A stretch of 64,000 bases of DNA from an uncultured bacterium (GCA_963713955.1 OY970216.1:378252-442251), one strand, 5' to 3'. Counted from the stretch's first letter, positions 33,901 to 44,334 are shown. Numbers and translations are program-made. Notes: generated by a model not told the origin, from the sequence alone.

Positions 33901-35220
33901 TTATTTCAAGGTGACCTCGAAGAGGGAACCGCTTTTCAGGAAATAGAGTTGATCCCCCGACAAGGAGACCGCCGAGACGCCGCTGTCTATTTTGTACTGG
34001 TTTTGGGGCATCCGCTCGTCGAGTTCGCTCAGGACGAGGTTTCCGCCCTCCAGGATCACGCCGTAGTTTGGAGCGTAGGGGATCCAGATGAAATCGGAAA
34101 CCGGATAGTCGGTTTTCACGCTCCAGAAAGTTCCTTTTTGCACTTGATAATCGGATCGGTAATCGTTCACGGCGAGCATCGACAAACTTCCGTTGTCGGC
34201 GACGAGCGCTAATCTGTCGTCGTCGGGAGAAACGTAGATTTCACGAACCGTCGGCAAGAGAGTTTCCAAAGAAGTCGTCGTCTGGTTTGATCGGTCGTAT
34301 TCGTAGAGCTTGTGCGCGATGTCCGTGAGGAAGAGCGTGCTGCCGAGAGAAGTGGTCTTGATATCGGACATATCTTTTATCCCAGTTGCAAGGGTTATTT
34401 GAGTTCTCAAAAAAAGATTCGCCGAAAATATGTTACCGTTCTCCTCCGCGACGAATATTTCGTTGCCTTTGGCGTAGGAGTATTGGTTGTCGGGCAAGGA
34501 ATACAATTTTTGGCTTGCTCCGCTCGAGATGTTGATGGCGTATACCGCTTTGTTGCCGATGGCTATGACGCTGTTTTGGTCGAAGGGATGATAAGACCAG
34601 TATTTTATCGAAGCCCCCGCGGGTAGCTCGACGTCCGCGTATCGGGGCGCGTTCGCGAGATCCATGACGTAATAGTCTTTCGCGTCGCCGGTGACGATGA
34701 TGCTCCGCCGTTCGCTGCTCAAAACCACTGAACTCCCTTTTACTTTCTGATCTCCCAGAAGGAGGGTGCCGGTGGCGTCTTTGATGACGAGGCCGTTGCC
34801 GGTGAGCCAGAAGGCGGAAGCATTGTACTCTGATATTTTTTTCGCGCTCCAATTTACGGGCCAGAGAATAATTTGCGAGGCCGCGGTCACGACGCCCGGC
34901 TCAATTTGCAAGTTTTTCTCCCACGGCGAGTAACCGGGGTACGTTACCGTGACGTCGTACGAGCCGGGGAGCAGGTTGTCGAAGAAAGCCCCGCTCGAAA
35001 AGAAGTTCCCGATGACGTTCGAGTAGTCCCGGACCACCCCGTCTATTTCGATCTGCGATCCCGAGGGGGTGAAGTCTAGGTACATGCCGCCGGTCCTCGC
35101 GAACTGGAACGTCTTGTAGTTGAACGAAAGCCCTTGGGCGGAAATCACAAGATAAGCGCCTCCGAAGAGAAAAACGAAAATGAAGAGATAAAAGAAGAAT
35201 TTCCTGGCTTTTAAATTCAC
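33901..35220 (-). CDS. hypothetical membrane-anchored protein with beta-rich (propeller/PEGA-like) ectodomain
   Basis: 439 aa with an N-terminal TM. Repeated Y..D/N..G segments. No catalytic motif. Confidence 0.45.
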   Translation of the reverse strand: MNLKARKFFFYLFIFVFLFGGAYLVISAQGLSFNYKTFQFARTGGMYLDFTPSGSQIEIDGVVRDYSNVIGNFFSSGAFFDNLLPGSYDVTVTYPGYSPWEKNLQIEPGVVTAASQIILWPVNWSAKKISEYNASAFWLTGNGLVIKDATGTLLLGDQKVKGSSVVLSSERRSIIVTGDAKDYYVMDLANAPRYADVELPAGASIKYWSYHPFDQNSVIAIGNKAVYAINISSGASQKLYSLPDNQYSYAKGNEIFVAEENGNIFSANLFLRTQITLATGIKDMSDIKTTSLGSTLFLTDIAHKLYEYDRSNQTTTSLETLLPTVREIYVSPDDDRLALVADNGSLSMLAVNDYRSDYQVQKGTFWSVKTDYPVSDFIWIPYAPNYGVILEGGNLVLSELDERMPQNQYKIDSGVSAVSLSGDQLYFLKSGSLFEVTLK

Positions 35221-35221
35221 C

Positions 35222-35356
35222 CCTCACCCTTCGAGGATTGTTTTGTTGCAACCCCCGATTGTTAAAAGCGCCCTTTTTTTGGAGGCTGTTTTCATGTTTT
35301 TTGATTATGTATCATAATACGCCGGATGGCAATTGCTTATCCTCGAAGGGTGAGGG
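35222..35356 (+). promoter_or_regulatory. long inverted-repeat intergenic element (family B) copy 3, divergent region upstream of murA
   Basis: 18-bp perfect arms CCCTCACCCTTCGAGGAT / ATCCTCGAAGGGTGAGGG. Confidence 0.65.
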
Positions 35357-35382
35357 ATAATACGGAGTAAGGCAAAATTCCA

Positions 35383-36693
35383 ATGTCGGAATCAGACGGA
35401 AAATTCGTGGTTGAGGGCGGCAGACCCCTCAAGGGCACGGTAAGGCTCGCCGGTGCCAAAAATGCCGCGACCAAGATGCTGGTGGCTTCGCTCTTGACCG
35501 ACGAGGAATGCGTTTTAGAAAACTTCCCGGAGATCGGCGATACGGGGGTTGTCCTGGAACTTTGCCGGATTTTGGGAAGTGATATCTCAGCCGAAGGTTC
35601 CGTGGTCAAAATAAAAACTCCGGAGATAACACGCACCAAAGTCGAAACACTAAGCCGGAGGAACAGGATCCCCATCCTTGCCTTGGGCCCGCTTTTGACA
35701 CGGAAGGGGGTCGGGGAGGTGCCGATGGTCGGCGGGGATAAGATAGGTCCGCGCCCGGTTGATATGCACGTGGAAGCTTTAAAATCTCTCGGCGCCGAGA
35801 TAGAAGCTACCGAGAAATCTTATCAAGCGAAAGCTCCCCACGGCCTCAAAGGCACCGAAATAACGTTCCGATATCCTTCCGTCGGCGCGACCGAGCAGGT
35901 TTTGATGGCAGCGGTTCTCGCAAGAGGGAAGACGATTATGCGGAACGCCGCCGTCGAACCGGAACTAATCGATTTGATAAAAGTTCTCCAGAAGATGGGT
36001 GCCATCATCGAGCTTGGCACGAACCGGGTGATTTCCATTTACGGCGTTGAAAGGCTCCGCGGGTTCAAACATAAAATACTTGGCGACCGGAACGAAGCCG
36101 TCTCGTTCGCTTGTCTCGCCGTCGCGACGGGAGGGAGAATTTTCGTGGAGGGCGCGGAACAGGAACATCTCATTACGTTCTTGAACAACTTGAGGAGGGT
36201 CGGCGGCGAATACGAAGTCGCCGAAAACGGGATATGGTTCTGGCGGGAGCGGAAACTTACGGGGCTGAAGGTCGAGACTGATACCCATCCCGGATTCATG
36301 ACCGACTGGCAGCAACCGTTCACCGTTCTTCTCACGCAAAGCGACGGAGCTTCCGTGGTTCACGAGACGGTCTACGAAGACCGATTCGGATACACCAAGG
36401 ACTTGAATTTAATGGGGGCAAATATTAGAGTAGTGAATGAATGTTTGGGTGATCTGCCGTGCCGCTTTAAGGATTCCCTCTCACCCCACAGCGCCGTGAT
36501 CTCGGGACCGACCAAGCTTCACGGCGCCGAGCTCACCGTGCCCGACCTCCGTGCCGGCATAGCTCACTTGATCGGAGCCTTAGTCGCCGAAGGAAAGTCG
36601 ACCATCAAAGGCATTTCGGAGATAGACCGGGGATACGAGAAGATAGATGAGAGATTGAGAAATCTCGGCGCGGACATAAAGAGAATTCAATAA
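35383..36693 (+). CDS. murA: UDP-N-acetylglucosamine 1-carboxyvinyltransferase
   Basis: KNAATKMLVASLLTDEECVLENFPEIGD and the EPT two-domain length (436 aa). Confidence 0.9.
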   Translation: MSESDGKFVVEGGRPLKGTVRLAGAKNAATKMLVASLLTDEECVLENFPEIGDTGVVLELCRILGSDISAEGSVVKIKTPEITRTKVETLSRRNRIPILALGPLLTRKGVGEVPMVGGDKIGPRPVDMHVEALKSLGAEIEATEKSYQAKAPHGLKGTEITFRYPSVGATEQVLMAAVLARGKTIMRNAAVEPELIDLIKVLQKMGAIIELGTNRVISIYGVERLRGFKHKILGDRNEAVSFACLAVATGGRIFVEGAEQEHLITFLNNLRRVGGEYEVAENGIWFWRERKLTGLKVETDTHPGFMTDWQQPFTVLLTQSDGASVVHETVYEDRFGYTKDLNLMGANIRVVNECLGDLPCRFKDSLSPHSAVISGPTKLHGAELTVPDLRAGIAHLIGALVAEGKSTIKGISEIDRGYEKIDERLRNLGADIKRIQ

Positions 36694-36696
36694 TTT

Positions 36697-37704
36697 ATGT
36701 TTACCAGGAAAATTGGAATAGACTTGGGAACGACGAATACGCTGGTCTTTTTGCCAAAGAAGGGGATCGTCATCAACGAACCGACGGTCGTGGCCTTGAG
36801 CAAACCTTCGAACACCGTTTTGGCCGTCGGATCCGAGGCCAAAGAAATGGTCGGCCGGACGCCGGACGACATCGTAACCTACCGGCCGCTCAAAGACGGC
36901 GTGATCGCCGAATATTACATCACTGAATCGATGCTCAAGTATTTCATCCGGAAGAGCGTCGGTTCCTTTAATGTTTGGCGACCCGATGTGGTCGTTTCGG
37001 TTCCGGCGGGCATCACGTCAACGGAATACCGTGCCGTCATCAATGCCGCCAAGGAAGCCGGCGCCAAAGAAACCTACCCGGTCAAGGAACCAATCCTCGC
37101 CGCTCTCGGGGCGGGCATTCCGATCCATTCCGCCGAAGGGAATATGATCGTGAACATCGGCGGAGGGACGACTGAGGTGGCGGTCATCTCTCTCGGGGGA
37201 ATTGTCACGTGGCACAGTCTTCGGGTTGCCGGCAACAAGTTTGATCAGTCGATCAGCGATTACATAAAGAAGAAATACAATCTGGCGATCGGGGAGACGT
37301 CTGCCGAAAACATCAAGATAAGCATAGGAACGGCATTGCCCTCGAAGAATAAAATCGAAATGAAAGTGAGAGGAAGAGATCTCGGATCGGGACTGCCCAA
37401 GGATCTCCTCATCAATTCGAATGAAATAGCCGAGGCGATCAATCAGTATCTCGTTGAGATCATGAGCGCCGTCCAGGCGGTTTTTAACGTGACGCCGCCG
37501 GAGCTCACGGCCGACATCATGGAAAAGGGAATCATTCTCTCGGGAGGCAGTGCTCAGCTCCGCGACCTCGAGGAGTTTTTCAAGAGATCGCTTGGCGTTT
37601 CCGCATACGTCGCCGAAAATCCCATTCTCTGCGTGGCGAAAGGCACCGCGATGGTCTTAAGTCACCTCGACGTCTACAAGCGAACGTTGCTCAACAAGAG
37701 ATAA
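36697..37704 (+). CDS. mreB: rod shape-determining protein MreB
   Basis: IGIDLGTTNTLVF...EPTVVAL and GGGTTEVAVISLGG actin-fold motifs. Confidence 0.85.
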   Translation: MFTRKIGIDLGTTNTLVFLPKKGIVINEPTVVALSKPSNTVLAVGSEAKEMVGRTPDDIVTYRPLKDGVIAEYYITESMLKYFIRKSVGSFNVWRPDVVVSVPAGITSTEYRAVINAAKEAGAKETYPVKEPILAALGAGIPIHSAEGNMIVNIGGGTTEVAVISLGGIVTWHSLRVAGNKFDQSISDYIKKKYNLAIGETSAENIKISIGTALPSKNKIEMKVRGRDLGSGLPKDLLINSNEIAEAINQYLVEIMSAVQAVFNVTPPELTADIMEKGIILSGGSAQLRDLEEFFKRSLGVSAYVAENPILCVAKGTAMVLSHLDVYKRTLLNKR

Positions 37705-37716
37705 ATCCCTGTTTGT

Positions 37717-38490
37717 ATGCTTTTTGGTTACGACGACAAAGTTGAACTCTTCAAGAAACTCATCAAGGAAGACAACCTGACCCACGCCTATCTTTTTTAC
37801 GGCGAGCGGGAAATCGGGAAAGCGACGTTCGCGAAGTTCCTCGCCTCTCTTTTAGAGGGGAGGAATTCTTGGGATGACCAGGTAACGCTCATTGATGCGA
37901 TCGTCGTCCGCGCCGATGACGGGAAGACGCTCGGCATAGACGACGTCTCGAGGATACGCGAGTTTCTTTTTCAAAAGCCGATTCTCTCCGCGCGGAGGAC
38001 GGTTGTCGTGGACGGGGCGGAAGATTTGACCCGCGAAGCCCAGGGAGCACTCTTGAAGATCGTCGAAGAGCCGCCCGCGTCGTCGCTTATTCTCTTCGTA
38101 GCTTCCGATAAGAGAGATCTTTTTGATGCGCTTCTTTCGCGGGTCGAGAAGGTGTATTTCCCGACCCTAGCCGCGGAAACGATCAAAGAAGGGCTCGTAA
38201 AATTCGTGAAAGTTGACAGTGCGAAAGCCGAGAGAATATCGAAAATTTCATTTGGCCGGTTCGGTCGGGCCGTCAAGCTCGCGGAGAGTGGGGCAGCACG
38301 GGCGGGCGAAGGAGACGTCGAAGGTGTACTTGACGAGAAAATTCTGGATCTCTATGCGGGAGGCGTTCAGAGAAACCACAAAACGCTCGTATGGCTCTTG
38401 AGGAGGCAGGTGTTCGTGAAGCGGTATAAGAGATATAATTTAAACATGAAACTCCAGAGAAAGGTCATCGATATGGCTTTGAGGAAATGA
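37717..38490 (+). CDS. holB: DNA polymerase III delta'-like AAA+ clamp-loader subunit (short)
   Basis: HAYLFYGEREIGKATFAKFLA Walker A. 257 aa. Confidence 0.55.
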   Translation: MLFGYDDKVELFKKLIKEDNLTHAYLFYGEREIGKATFAKFLASLLEGRNSWDDQVTLIDAIVVRADDGKTLGIDDVSRIREFLFQKPILSARRTVVVDGAEDLTREAQGALLKIVEEPPASSLILFVASDKRDLFDALLSRVEKVYFPTLAAETIKEGLVKFVKVDSAKAERISKISFGRFGRAVKLAESGAARAGEGDVEGVLDEKILDLYAGGVQRNHKTLVWLLRRQVFVKRYKRYNLNMKLQRKVIDMALRK

Positions 38491-38496
38491 GCTGGT

Positions 38497-39048
38497 ATGG
38501 AAGGACAAGTTGAAATAGTAAAAAAAGAAGGGGAGACAATCATGGGCAGTCTGAAAAAAGCGTATTCCGGCGTACGGGCCTCGCGGCCGAATACGGCTCT
38601 CGTCGAGGATTTGAAAGTCGAGTACTATGGGCAAGTGATGCCCGTGAAGCAGCTCGGCACCGTGGGCGTCCGACCGCCCCGGGAGATCGACATACAAGTG
38701 TGGGATCAAAACGCGGTTCCCCTGGTTGTGAAAGCTATCGAATCGTCTTCCTTGAACCTTTCGGCGAATGTCACCGGCAATTCGATACGGATCAATCTTC
38801 CGGAATTGAGTCGCGAACGGAGGGAGGAACTCACGAAATACGTGAAGAAGATAACCGAAGAACATCGGATACAACTGAGGCATTTGCGCGACGAGGCGAA
38901 CAAGAAAGTCCAGTCGTCTTTCGACACTGGCGAAATAGCCGAGGATCAGAAATTCAAGCTGAAGGAGAGCATCCAGAAAGAAGTTGACAAGATCAACGAG
39001 GAAGTGGAAAAGCTTTTGGAAAATAAGATCAGGGAAATAGAGGAGTGA
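38497..39048 (+). CDS. frr: ribosome recycling factor
   Basis: VKAIESSSLNLSANVTGNSIRINLPELSRERREEL...RHLRDEANK. Confidence 0.85.
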   Translation: MEGQVEIVKKEGETIMGSLKKAYSGVRASRPNTALVEDLKVEYYGQVMPVKQLGTVGVRPPREIDIQVWDQNAVPLVVKAIESSSLNLSANVTGNSIRINLPELSRERREELTKYVKKITEEHRIQLRHLRDEANKKVQSSFDTGEIAEDQKFKLKESIQKEVDKINEEVEKLLENKIREIEE

Positions 39049-39087
39049 GGGGGAAATCTTTTGCTTTCTCGTTGAAAGCGCTCCGAT

Positions 39088-39235
39088 CTCTAAAATCCTC
39101 CTCGCTTCTCGTCGGAATCAAGCCGCAAAATATCGAACTCAACCTCGTCCGCCAGCTGGCGGAGGCGGATTCGGGATTCAAACATGCGATATTTTGCTCA
39201 TTCCTTCCTCAGGGCTCGGGGATTTTGACGAGATC
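39088..39235 (+). repeat. palindromic intergenic repeat, copy R3
   Basis: AAAATCCTCCTCGCTTCTCGTCGGAAT head. GCAAAATATCG...CGATATTTTGC stem. GCTCATTCCTTCCTCAGGGCTCGGGGATTTTGA tail. Confidence 0.8.
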
Positions 39236-39271
39236 TTCGCGAAACTAACTCAAAAGCAAAAGATTTTCCTG

Positions 39272-39280
39272 TGTTATAAT
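39272..39280 (+). promoter_or_regulatory. extended -10 (TGTTATAAT) upstream of pilin paralog 2
   Basis: TGnTATAAT consensus 10 bp before the ATG at 39290. Confidence 0.4.
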
Positions 39281-39289
39281 AAGAAAACA

Positions 39290-40513
39290 ATGACCTCTCG
39301 CCAATCTTTCACCCTGATTGAGCTCCTCGTAGTCATCGCGATCTTGGCGATCCTCGCGACCGCCGTCGTCCTCGTCTTGAATCCTGCCCAGCTTCTTGCC
39401 CAGGGAAGAGATTCCACGAGACTCTCTGATCTTTCCGCTCTGAACAGCGCCCTCTCCTTATTTCAGGCTGATGCCTATACCCAATCCTTAGGGACTCCTA
39501 ACACAGTCTATATATCAATCCCTGATTCATCATCCACCTGTGGGGACCTGGACCTGCCTGCCTTAGGAGGAGGCTGGGCCTATCACTGTGTTCCAAGCTC
39601 TTCCTCAACAAGAGTAGACGGAACAGGCTGGATTCCCGTGAATCTCACCCTTATTTCATCAGGATCCCCTTTATCCAAGCTCCCCATAGACCCCGTGAAT
39701 ACCACAAGCACTGGACTCTACTATACCTACGTATCAGGAGGCTCCTATGCCTTATCCAGTGCCTTGGAATCACAGAAGTACCTTGTATCCACCGCAGCAA
39801 CAGATAATGGCTATGATCCAGGAAGATACGAAACAGGTTCTGACCTTTCCCTTATTGGAAGAAGTGAAGGATTGGTAGGATGGTGGCCCCTCGATGGAGA
39901 CCCAGGGGACAGGAGCGGGAATGGGAATGGGGGGACGCCGATTAACAATCCCGCGTGGACTACGGGGAAGATAAATCAAGCCATTAGTCTTAACGGATCA
40001 AACAATAACTTGGGGAATTACCTCAATATCCCAAGTGTGAGCAATCTCAATATAACTAACTCAGTTACCCTTGCGGCATGGGTTAACAGAAATACTAGCG
40101 GCGCGGATTTACAGGGGGTAATAACGAAATCTAGTCCTGCAACGAGAGCCTACAGCCTCACAACCCAATATAATACCCCAACGTATCAAGTACAGTTGGC
40201 GATCAACGGCACGTTTTGTCCCTACATTGCTCCCACCAATTATAACCAATGGCATTACGTTGCCGGCGTTTACGACGGGACAAATGAAAACGTTTACTAT
40301 GACGGTGTTTTGGTCCAGACGTGTCCTAAAACCGGTTCGATTAACGTCACGAGCGATCCTCTTTATATTGGACTTTACAATTATGCTATCGGCACTGAAG
40401 GTTCGTCTTGGTATGGATATCGCCCCTTCGGCGGCCTGATCGATGATGCCCGTGTCTATAATCGCGCCCTCTCAGCAGCTGAGATCCAAGCTATCTACAA
40501 CGCACAGAAATAG
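39290..40513 (+). CDS. type IV pilin-like/LamG fusion (paralog 2)
   Basis: MTSRQS|FTLIELLVV signal and a LamG C-terminus (IDDARVYNRALSAAEIQAIYNAQK). The ORF-track start at 39194 runs through repeat R3 and is rejected. Confidence 0.7.
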   Translation: MTSRQSFTLIELLVVIAILAILATAVVLVLNPAQLLAQGRDSTRLSDLSALNSALSLFQADAYTQSLGTPNTVYISIPDSSSTCGDLDLPALGGGWAYHCVPSSSSTRVDGTGWIPVNLTLISSGSPLSKLPIDPVNTTSTGLYYTYVSGGSYALSSALESQKYLVSTAATDNGYDPGRYETGSDLSLIGRSEGLVGWWPLDGDPGDRSGNGNGGTPINNPAWTTGKINQAISLNGSNNNLGNYLNIPSVSNLNITNSVTLAAWVNRNTSGADLQGVITKSSPATRAYSLTTQYNTPTYQVQLAINGTFCPYIAPTNYNQWHYVAGVYDGTNENVYYDGVLVQTCPKTGSINVTSDPLYIGLYNYAIGTEGSSWYGYRPFGGLIDDARVYNRALSAAEIQAIYNAQK

Positions 40514-40677
40514 GAAGTAAAGCACCAAATCTCAAGCTCCAAATCCCAAATAATGACCGAAATTCCAAAGAGCGTGTTTAGAATTTGATATTTTGAATTT
40601 ATTTGTTATTTGGAATTTGGATTTTGGGATTTCATCTCACTTGTTACTAGTTACTGATTGTTTGTATAATCTAAAGG

Positions 40678-41727
40678 ATGGAGATAGTGCTCGTCATTTT
40701 GGGTCTCGGCATACTGATTTTAGGCCATGAGTTCGGCCATTTTTCGGTTGCGCGGATCTTGAAAATGAAAGTCGAGGAATTCGGCATAGGGTTCCCCCCG
40801 AAGCTTTTCGGCAAGAAAGCCAAGTCCGGAATTGTCTACAGCGTGAACGCTCTCCCGTTCGGCGGATTTGTAAAGCTGTACGGAGAGGATGATAACAAGA
40901 GCGGTGACCCTGAAGCGTTTCTCAATAAACCTTTTCGCAAGAAAGCGTTTGTTGTCCTTGCGGGCGTCATCGCGAATTTCATCCTTGGATGGCTCCTCCT
41001 GAGCGTCGTTTTGATCGCGGGGACGCCGGAGCACCTAATGATCGCAAGCGTCGAGAATAATTCTCCTGCCGCCGAAGCGGGGCTCAAAGAAGGCGATATC
41101 GTAAAACAGATCACTATGGGTGGCAAGTCGCTTTCCGATCCAATCATCGACAACGATTTCGTGAATCTCGTGAAAGGTTCGAGTGAAGCGGCCGTCTCGC
41201 TCAGCATTCTCCGCGGCACGCAAAGTTTCAACGTGGCGTTGGATAAGAGGTTGAGTCCGCCGCCGGGACAAGGGGCCATCGGCATAGGCTTAGTCGATAT
41301 CGGCGCGGCGCCGGAGCCGTTCTTCAAGAGTTTCTCTGATGCCGCTTTAGAAACGGTTAATTTTTCCTGGCTCATTTTGAGCGGACTCTGGACGCTTCTC
41401 ACAGGGCTTTTCACGAATCCAAGCGTCATAAAGGGAGTGGCGGGGCCCGTTGGCATCGTGGCCTTAGCGTCAGAGGCTTCTGCGATCGGCTTTGCATACC
41501 TGGTCCAGCTTCTCGCGCTCATATCTATAAACTTAGCGGTCCTGAACCTCATTCCGTTCCCGGCATTGGATGGCGGGAGATTCCTCGTTTTCCTCATTGA
41601 GAAAATCAGGGGCAAGAAGATTTCTTCGAAGATCCAACTTGCCGTGAACGGGATCGGGTTCGCGGCGCTCGTGCTCCTCATGATCTTCGTCACGTTTAAC
41701 GATGTCAGAAACCTCATCGTCCACTGA
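40678..41727 (+). CDS. rseP: site-2 (RIP) zinc metalloprotease RseP
   Basis: HEFGHF HExxH in TM1, a PDZ segment, and a LDGG motif. Confidence 0.85.
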   Translation: MEIVLVILGLGILILGHEFGHFSVARILKMKVEEFGIGFPPKLFGKKAKSGIVYSVNALPFGGFVKLYGEDDNKSGDPEAFLNKPFRKKAFVVLAGVIANFILGWLLLSVVLIAGTPEHLMIASVENNSPAAEAGLKEGDIVKQITMGGKSLSDPIIDNDFVNLVKGSSEAAVSLSILRGTQSFNVALDKRLSPPPGQGAIGIGLVDIGAAPEPFFKSFSDAALETVNFSWLILSGLWTLLTGLFTNPSVIKGVAGPVGIVALASEASAIGFAYLVQLLALISINLAVLNLIPFPALDGGRFLVFLIEKIRGKKISSKIQLAVNGIGFAALVLLMIFVTFNDVRNLIVH

Positions 41728-41771
41728 GCGCAGCTACGAAATACGAAAAGGTACGAATATACGAAAAACTA

Positions 41772-42773
41772 ATGGAAGAACATAAAAACAAGAAGAAGAG
41801 GGTGGCGGTCTTGGTCGGCGGTCCTTCGCACGAACACGAGGTATCCTTGAATACCGGTCGGAACGTTCTGAAAAATCTGCCGAAGGACAAGTACGAGGGA
41901 AAAGAAATACTCATAACGCGGGAGGGCAAATGGCCCATTCCCCCTGAAAGACTCTCGGCGGATTATGATCTTGCTTTCATAGCCATGCACGGGCCCTACG
42001 GCGAAGACGGGACAATACAGAGAATTTTGGAAGAAATCGGCTTGCCGTACACTGGTTCCAATGTGACGACGAGCGCCCTCGGCATGAACAAATTCCTTTC
42101 CTTGGGAATATTCAAAGCTGCGGGTCTCAATGTTCCGCCGACACTCTATTTCTCGAGAAGCCACTGGATGAGCGACAAAAATGACGTCCTCATGAAGATT
42201 CTGCACCACTTGAAAAAGCCCTGGGTTTTGAAACCGAACGCCTCGGGTTCCAGCGTGGGAGTCAAGATCGTCGAGGAGAGAGGAGAGCTTGAGACGTCTC
42301 TCAATTTCCTGTTTCAGGAGTTTAGGGATCTGGTAGCGCAGGAATTCATAGAGGGGAAGGAAGTCACTTGCGGTGTCCTCGATTACGGCGAGCCGGAGAC
42401 GGCTTTCCCGCTCTTGCCGACCGAGATCATCCCGATCAAGAGGAAGTTTTTCGACTACACGGCGAAGTATGATGCGGAGTCTCACGAGGAAATAACGCCG
42501 GCGAGGATCCCGGCACCTTATTTGAAAGAAGTGAGGCGAATAGCCCTCTTCGTGCATAAGCTCGTGAATTGCAGGCATTTCTCGAGGACGGACATGATTA
42601 TCGGGAAGGATCGCAAGATTTACGTCCTGGAAGTGAATACCATCCCCGGACTCACCGAAACGAGTCTCGTGCCGCAGGAAGCGGAAGCGTACGGTATCCC
42701 GTTCCCGAAGTTCTTGGACATCATTCTGGAATCCACCTCGAAGCAATCTTCAAAAAAGAAGATTAGCCTTTAG
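41772..42773 (+). CDS. ddl: D-alanine--D-alanine ligase
   Basis: VAVLVGGPSHEHEVSLNTG N-terminus and an ATP-grasp C-terminus. Confidence 0.85.
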   Translation: MEEHKNKKKRVAVLVGGPSHEHEVSLNTGRNVLKNLPKDKYEGKEILITREGKWPIPPERLSADYDLAFIAMHGPYGEDGTIQRILEEIGLPYTGSNVTTSALGMNKFLSLGIFKAAGLNVPPTLYFSRSHWMSDKNDVLMKILHHLKKPWVLKPNASGSSVGVKIVEERGELETSLNFLFQEFRDLVAQEFIEGKEVTCGVLDYGEPETAFPLLPTEIIPIKRKFFDYTAKYDAESHEEITPARIPAPYLKEVRRIALFVHKLVNCRHFSRTDMIIGKDRKIYVLEVNTIPGLTETSLVPQEAEAYGIPFPKFLDIILESTSKQSSKKKISL

Positions 42774-42877
42774 TATTCTCTGGCGAGCATATATATTCCG
42801 TAAGCTTCTTCGAAGCACATATACTCGCGGTGTGGGTATGGAGCAGGCAAAGGATATGAAAGTGCTCTCGAACGATT

Positions 42878-43027
42878 CTGCCGGAAGGCGTTTCAAAATC
42901 CCCGAACGATGAGGAGAGAATAAGCAAAATATCGCTGTTTGAGTCCCTTCAGGTCGAGTTCGATATTTTGCGGATAATTCCGACGAAGCGGTCGGAGGAT
43001 TTTAATGCCTGGAGGTTTAAGTGAGAG
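42878..43027 (-). repeat. palindromic intergenic repeat, copy R4 (reverse orientation)
   Basis: TTCAAAATCCCCGAACGATGAGGAGAGAATAAGCAAAATATCG...CGATATTTTGC...CGACGAAGCGGTCGGAGGATTTT. Confidence 0.8.
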
Positions 43028-43080
43028 AGTGCTTTCATATCCTTTGCCAATGGGAATGTTCTTTGATAGAATTCATTGAA

Positions 43081-44334
43081 ATGCGGCAGTCGGAATTACT
43101 CTTCAAAACGCAGAAAACGTACCCCAAGGACGAAGTGGCGGTGAACGCCCAGCTCCTCATAAAAGCAAATTTCGTCCATAAGCTCATGGCGGGCGTTTAT
43201 TCTTACCTCCCTCTCGGTTTTAGAGTCAGGGAAAAGATAATGAAAATTGTGAGGGAGGAAATGGACGCTCTCGGCGCCGCCGAGATGCTTATGCCTTCGC
43301 TCCATCCGAAGTCGGCGTGGGAAGCGAGCGGCCGGTGGGAAGGCTTGTCGAAGATCATGTACCAGTTTCAGGACAATTCCGGGCGGGACGTGGGGCTCGG
43401 AGCGACCCATGAAGAAATCGTGGCGCTCCTCGCGCAGGGCCTCTTGGATTCCTACGCGGATCTCCCGAAGTACGTGTATCAAATTCAAACCAAGTTCCGC
43501 GACGAACCTCGGGCGAAATCGGGAATTCTCCGCGGGCGGGAGTTTACCATGAAAGACATGTACAGTTTCCACGCGGACGAAGCGTCGCTTGGAGATTTTT
43601 ATGAAAAATCGAAGAGGGCGTATTTGAACGTTTACGAGCGGTGCGGACTCCGGGCGTACGTGACGGAAGCCTCGGGAGGGGATTTTTCCAAAAGCTATTC
43701 GCACGAGTTCATGGTGGAAACGCCGGCGGGCGAAGACGAAACGTATCTCTGCCGCCTCTGCGGTTTCGCGCGGAACAAGGAAATCGCCGATTTCAAGAAA
43801 GGCGACCGGTGCCCCTCGTGCCAGAGCGGGGTCCTGGAAAAGGTGAAAACCGTCGAGGTAGGGAACATTTTCAAGCTGGGCACCAAGTATTCGGAAGCCG
43901 CTGGCTTGAATTTCAGGGACAAGAAAGGAAATCTGAAGCCTGTCGTCATGGGATCGTACGGCATCGGGATTGAACGGCTCATGGGAACCGTCGTTGAAGT
44001 TCACCACGACGAAAAAGGTATTATCTGGCCCTTTGAAATAGCGCCTTATAAAACCCATCTGTTGATTATCGGTGAGCCAAATGAGGAACTTCAAAAATTC
44101 GCCGATGACGTATACAATGAGCTTTGCGGGGGAGGAATAGGAACTCTCTACGACGATCGGGTGAAAATCTCGGCAGGAGAAAAATTTTACGACGCCGATT
44201 TGATCGGCATTCCCTGGAGAATTGTCGTGAGCGACAAAATGATGGTTCAGAAGAAGGTAGAAGTCAAAAGGAGGAATGAAAAGGATTCGAAAGTTCTCGC
44301 GGTGAAGGAGTTTATTAAGGGTTTGCAGCCATGA
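43081..44334 (+). CDS. proS: prolyl-tRNA synthetase (short form, Zn-ribbon insertion)
   Basis: Motif 2 FRDEPRAKSGILRGREFTMKDMYSFH and the class II core. The start is the ATG after repeat R4; the track start at 43021 lies inside the repeat. Confidence 0.85.
   Translation: MRQSELLFKTQKTYPKDEVAVNAQLLIKANFVHKLMAGVYSYLPLGFRVREKIMKIVREEMDALGAAEMLMPSLHPKSAWEASGRWEGLSKIMYQFQDNSGRDVGLGATHEEIVALLAQGLLDSYADLPKYVYQIQTKFRDEPRAKSGILRGREFTMKDMYSFHADEASLGDFYEKSKRAYLNVYERCGLRAYVTEASGGDFSKSYSHEFMVETPAGEDETYLCRLCGFARNKEIADFKKGDRCPSCQSGVLEKVKTVEVGNIFKLGTKYSEAAGLNFRDKKGNLKPVVMGSYGIGIERLMGTVVEVHHDEKGIIWPFEIAPYKTHLLIIGEPNEELQKFADDVYNELCGGGIGTLYDDRVKISAGEKFYDADLIGIPWRIVVSDKMMVQKKVEVKRRNEKDSKVLAVKEFIKGLQP

Noticed and set aside
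33901-35220. PEGA/TolB-type annotation for the 439-aa minus-strand protein
   Set aside because: Only vague beta-propeller-like periodicity by eye. Left as hypothetical.
39194-39289. ORF-track 5' extensions of pilin paralog 2 (39194), proS (43021), and mreD (45979)
   Set aside because: The extensions read through intergenic repeat copies or overlap upstream genes. Internal ATGs preceded by -10 elements are the likely starts.
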